From assembly GCA_963803805.1 (NCBI GenBank), contig CAWDOD010000011.1, positions 256,001 to 320,000 on the forward strand: a DNA stretch of 64,000 nucleotides, written 5' to 3'. Below, piece by piece: positions 60,926-64,000 of this stretch (position 1 is the stretch's first letter; the number at the start of each line of letters is the position of its first letter). Made by a program: the position numbers and the translations under genes. The notes beneath the pieces were generated by a model. It did not search any database and had not been told where the DNA came from. It saw nothing but the letters and a program-made list of their open reading frames with translations. The DNA comes from an uncultured cyanobacterium (GTDB lineage Bacteria > Cyanobacteriota > Cyanobacteriia > Cyanobacteriales > CAWCAG01).

Positions 60926-61465
60926 TTACCTATTACCTGCCGTTTTCCTATATCTAAAGTGAGTAACATTAGCAATTGTTTCCCGTAAAGATTGGCTAGA
61001 TTCACCATATAAATCCAACCATTCATAAAAAGTTAGTTCTCCCCCTAAATAGGTATCAGGATTTTCTGCACCTTGTAACATGATTTTACATATTAAAGTG
61101 TAAGCATCTAACCAATTTTGTTCTAATTCTTGTGTCCATTGTGAACCTAAATAAGTAGCGAAAGTTTCTAATAAGGCTTTACCAACTAAAGGATAATGTT
61201 CTGCTACTGTACCAACGGTAACGTGGTGCGCTCCTAAACTTTTTAAAGCTAAAGTTAGTTCTTCAAGGTTACGGAGATTTTCCACAATTAAACCTAAAGA
61301 AGCAACTAGTTTCTTCTCTTGGGCTTCAATACTAACATTTTTAAACATAGGTTCTAGTTCTGGATTGTTGCGAAAGAGATTTTCATAGAAGCTAGCAGAG
61401 AATTGTTGCATTTGAGGTTTAATTGCCTCAAAGGATTTTTCTAGAATTTGAGAATTTAAGGCCAT
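60926..61465 (-). CDS. Single-domain globin (flavohemoglobin-like) with C-terminal extension
   Basis: FYENLF..NPEL.PMF, Q.KKL, LGAHH...G....HYPLVG.ALL and W..AY. Confidence 0.88.
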   Translation of the reverse strand: MALNSQILEKSFEAIKPQMQQFSASFYENLFRNNPELEPMFKNVSIEAQEKKLVASLGLIVENLRNLEELTLALKSLGAHHVTVGTVAEHYPLVGKALLETFATYLGSQWTQELEQNWLDAYTLICKIMLQGAENPDTYLGGELTFYEWLDLYGESSQSLRETIANVTHFRYRKTAGNR

Positions 61466-61548
61466 TTTTAGTTATTAATTTATAAAAATGAAGATAGATT
61501 TTTAATAAGCTAAACAATTGAAACTATTAGCTAATCACCTATTACTTT

Positions 61549-62163
61549 TTACTGATAATAATAAGCCAGAAAAATATGAAATAACAACATCACCAGAAAA
61601 ACACTAACTAAAAGAATGTGAGTAGAAAGCCAAATTGCTCTTAGTTGGCGAATTAAAGTACCTTTAGGAACTCCCGGTAACTTTTTACCACTCTTGCTAA
61701 CAGGAACAGAAACCCAAGCAAAGTATTGGCGAGAAGATTCTAACACCCCAGTTTCGGCCACAACTCCCACTAAAGCAGAAAGAGTTACAGCAAAAAATAC
61801 CCATAAGAAAATAGCATTAAAATTGATTCCTGTCATACCAAAAGTGTGAATTAAAGTAACTCCTAAAAGAGCAACTCCTAAAAAAATATGTAGTCTACGC
61901 CATAACTGTATGGAACCAGGAACCTTTAACTTAACTACCCAACTTCTCCCTCTTTTTCTGGCTGTAAAAACCATTTCCAAAATGACAAAAACTAGGGCCG
62001 CATAACCCGTAATTTGTTTGTATAACTCTCCCTGTAAAACTTGCAAAAATTCAAAGGCTTGTTCCCGCAAAATTTCTACATAAATAGGACTCAAAGCGAA
62101 AGGTGCTAAAAGTGCTGCGGCAACTAAAGTGAGGATAATTAAGGTAATAAATTTAGGTTTCAT
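61549..62163 (-). CDS. Membrane protein with four TM histidines (cytochrome b-like)
   Basis: WRRLHIFLG, LIHT, WLSTHIL and LFHIF. Confidence 0.6.
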   Translation of the reverse strand: MKPKFITLIILTLVAAALLAPFALSPIYVEILREQAFEFLQVLQGELYKQITGYAALVFVILEMVFTARKRGRSWVVKLKVPGSIQLWRRLHIFLGVALLGVTLIHTFGMTGINFNAIFLWVFFAVTLSALVGVVAETGVLESSRQYFAWVSVPVSKSGKKLPGVPKGTLIRQLRAIWLSTHILLVSVFLVMLLFHIFLAYYYQ

Positions 62164-62345
62164 TGGTTTGTAGATTAGCTATTAGTTTCTCTACAAGGTT
62201 AGGAAATCAATGCTTTTATAATTAAGACAGGGGGCAAATTTGCCCCCTTTCCGGGTATCGGCGATCGCACTTTCGTCCTTGGCAGAGGATTATTTAATTA
62301 GCTGCAATAAGCCTACGGCAACGCTTTGCGAAGGCTGATTTTTGT

Positions 62346-63005
62346 TTAAGCATCTCCTAAAGGCAGGTTGATCATAATACCACCCATTACATCATCCATT
62401 TCAAAGGTTTTGTCAGGATAGCGCTCTTTATGAACCGGATGTTCGTTGTGACAGCTAACGCAAGCTTCTGCTACAGCTTTGTCAGGATAAAGGGCAGAGT
62501 AGTATTTTTGGCCAGCAATTTCTTGTTCTGCTTTGAAAGGTTCACCGGTTTCAACCACTTCATCCATGGCTTCTTTTTCAAAGTCGGACTTGGGTGCATG
62601 GTTGTCGTTGATATTCCAGGGAGAAATCAAACCATAGGTGAAATTCCCTTCTTCTGAAGCTATTTCTGCCCCTAAACGAAACATTTGCGCTGGTAAAGGT
62701 ATACCATCAGTTTGCTGCCAAGATTCTGTTGCTTCAGTGGTAACTACACCGTCAGCCTTTTCTTTACCCTCCAATGTCTTTAATCTATTCACAACGTGCT
62801 TTGTATAAGCAGTACGATCAGCTAATAGGACAGTGTGAATGTAGTCAACTACGGCTTCTGGGGCAATGCCACCAGCAGCCCCGGCAGTAGGCGTACCGCC
62901 ACCACCACTACAGGCAATAGCTGTGATACAAATACTTGCTGCTAAGGCAAATAGGGCCATGGTTTTGGCTTTCATTCTCGGTAGCCAAGAATTGGCTGTT
63001 AACAT
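62346..63005 (-). CDS. DUF3365/Tll0287-like monoheme c lipoprotein
   Basis: AIAC lipobox; LPAQMFR, N.P..DFE, ACVSCH and GGI.I. Confidence 0.8.
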   Translation of the reverse strand: MLTANSWLPRMKAKTMALFALAASICITAIACSGGGGTPTAGAAGGIAPEAVVDYIHTVLLADRTAYTKHVVNRLKTLEGKEKADGVVTTEATESWQQTDGIPLPAQMFRLGAEIASEEGNFTYGLISPWNINDNHAPKSDFEKEAMDEVVETGEPFKAEQEIAGQKYYSALYPDKAVAEACVSCHNEHPVHKERYPDKTFEMDDVMGGIMINLPLGDA

Positions 63006-63062
63006 TTTGTGTTCTCCTTGTTGTAAATTGAAATAGTCAAATAAGTTTCAGCTTGTAAATTC

Positions 63063-63857
63063 TTACTTTGCTGAGGTTTCACTCGAACCTTGATCCCCCA
63101 AAGCGCGAACCATATCTAGGGTTTCTAATTCTTGATTCGGTGGTCGAGCAAAATTTTCTTCTACTAACTCATCGTCGAAGATGCTGTTGTAGGAATATTC
63201 CATACCGTGACAGTTCATACAAACCTCCTTAACTGCGCGATCACGAGGTAAAAGAGTATAGGTATTGTTGTGGTTGACATGGAAGGTTGTACCAAACTCC
63301 TGGCGCGGTAAATGGCAGGTGGCACAGGTGACTGACTCGGTACTAGGCCTTGCTAAATCACCTTCGGCAACGAATAATTTAGCGTGTTGAGAGTTTTTGT
63401 AGTTGAGGGAGTGAGTGTCATTGTGGCAAGTTAAACAAGAATCTACTGCTGCTGTGTAGGTATCAACAGAATGAACATTGTGACAAGTGTTGCAGTTCAT
63501 TTCCTTATCCAAGGCTGACTCCTTCATCGGTAAGTTAGCCATAGCTGGGGTTAAAGGTGAAAGTCCTTCCCCTAAACGAATGCCATGTTTGCCTAACAAA
63601 AAAGTTTCTACTTGGTTTTCATGGCAACTAGTGCAACTTTCATAGTTAGGTTGTGCCACAAATGCTTTGGTTTTGTCATCTTGGTGACAACTAGAACAGT
63701 TAACGTCTGCTAAAGCATGGGCGCTATCTGCCCAAAGTTCATTAATCTCCTTTAGTTCAGCCTGAGATACATTCTGCGCGGTAGCTGCAAAGGGTAGCAG
63801 CAACAAACTAACAACAAACAAGCAAACAACTAACCAAACTCTCTTCTGACTTTGCAT
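63063..63857 (-). CDS. Exported hexaheme cytochrome c
   Basis: Signal peptide; six CxxCH motifs: CSSCH, CTSCH, CNTCH, CLTCH, CATCH, CMNCH. Confidence 0.9.
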   Translation of the reverse strand: MQSQKRVWLVVCLFVVSLLLLPFAATAQNVSQAELKEINELWADSAHALADVNCSSCHQDDKTKAFVAQPNYESCTSCHENQVETFLLGKHGIRLGEGLSPLTPAMANLPMKESALDKEMNCNTCHNVHSVDTYTAAVDSCLTCHNDTHSLNYKNSQHAKLFVAEGDLARPSTESVTCATCHLPRQEFGTTFHVNHNNTYTLLPRDRAVKEVCMNCHGMEYSYNSIFDDELVEENFARPPNQELETLDMVRALGDQGSSETSAK

Positions 63858-64000
63858 TACCCACCTCCCAAAAACTCTTGACTTAAATCCGGAGTGGGGG
63901 CTTTATCTAGCTTAGTTTCCACTTCTAATTTAGGTAATGCAGGTTTAGGTAACATTGCCGGCTGACCTAAATTATCCTTCAAGAAACCAGTAGAAATTGA
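63857..64000 (-). CDS. 3' end of an upstream gene, translationally coupled (TAATG) to the hexaheme gene
   Basis: Open frame from the window edge: SISTGFLKDNLGQPAMLPKPALPKL...EFLGGG*; its stop overlaps ATG 63857. Confidence 0.65.
   Translation of the reverse strand, partial: SISTGFLKDNLGQPAMLPKPALPKLEVETKLDKAPTPDLSQEFLGGG

Overview
AT-rich cyanobacterial chromosome segment; the HIP1 octamer GCGATCGC recurs throughout. Most of it is housekeeping or conserved cyanobacterial genes: mgtE, petJ, pheT, a Ser/Thr kinase, petR-petP, grxC-gshB, trpA, ndhL, proA, nhaS3-like and amiC-murI-sds-hetZ-patU. Two accessory loci stand out. (1) At the left edge, a head-to-tail array of at least four Uma2/DUF820 PD-(D/E)XK genes with a 593-bp period, whose flanks are almost identical but which carry an interchangeable, mosaic ~17-codon variable cassette. 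(2) At the right edge, a minus-strand redox cluster: a hexaheme cytochrome c resembling a cut-down HAO-family protein, a monoheme DUF3365 lipoprotein, a four-His membrane protein, a single-domain globin, a second and atypically large CcsB/CcsA system and a Tat-exported Rieske lipoprotein, with an Rpn-family nuclease beside it. Also seen: single-base frameshifts in petP and hetZ (possibly sequencing errors), an unannotated ArsR pseudogene, a Uma2 with PD->PN plus a probable Uma2 relic, two MITE families, heptamer tandem repeats, and candidate CRP, PetR, RpaB and NtcA sites. No rRNA, tRNA or CRISPR array was recognised. All family calls come from motif recognition by eye; no database search was run.
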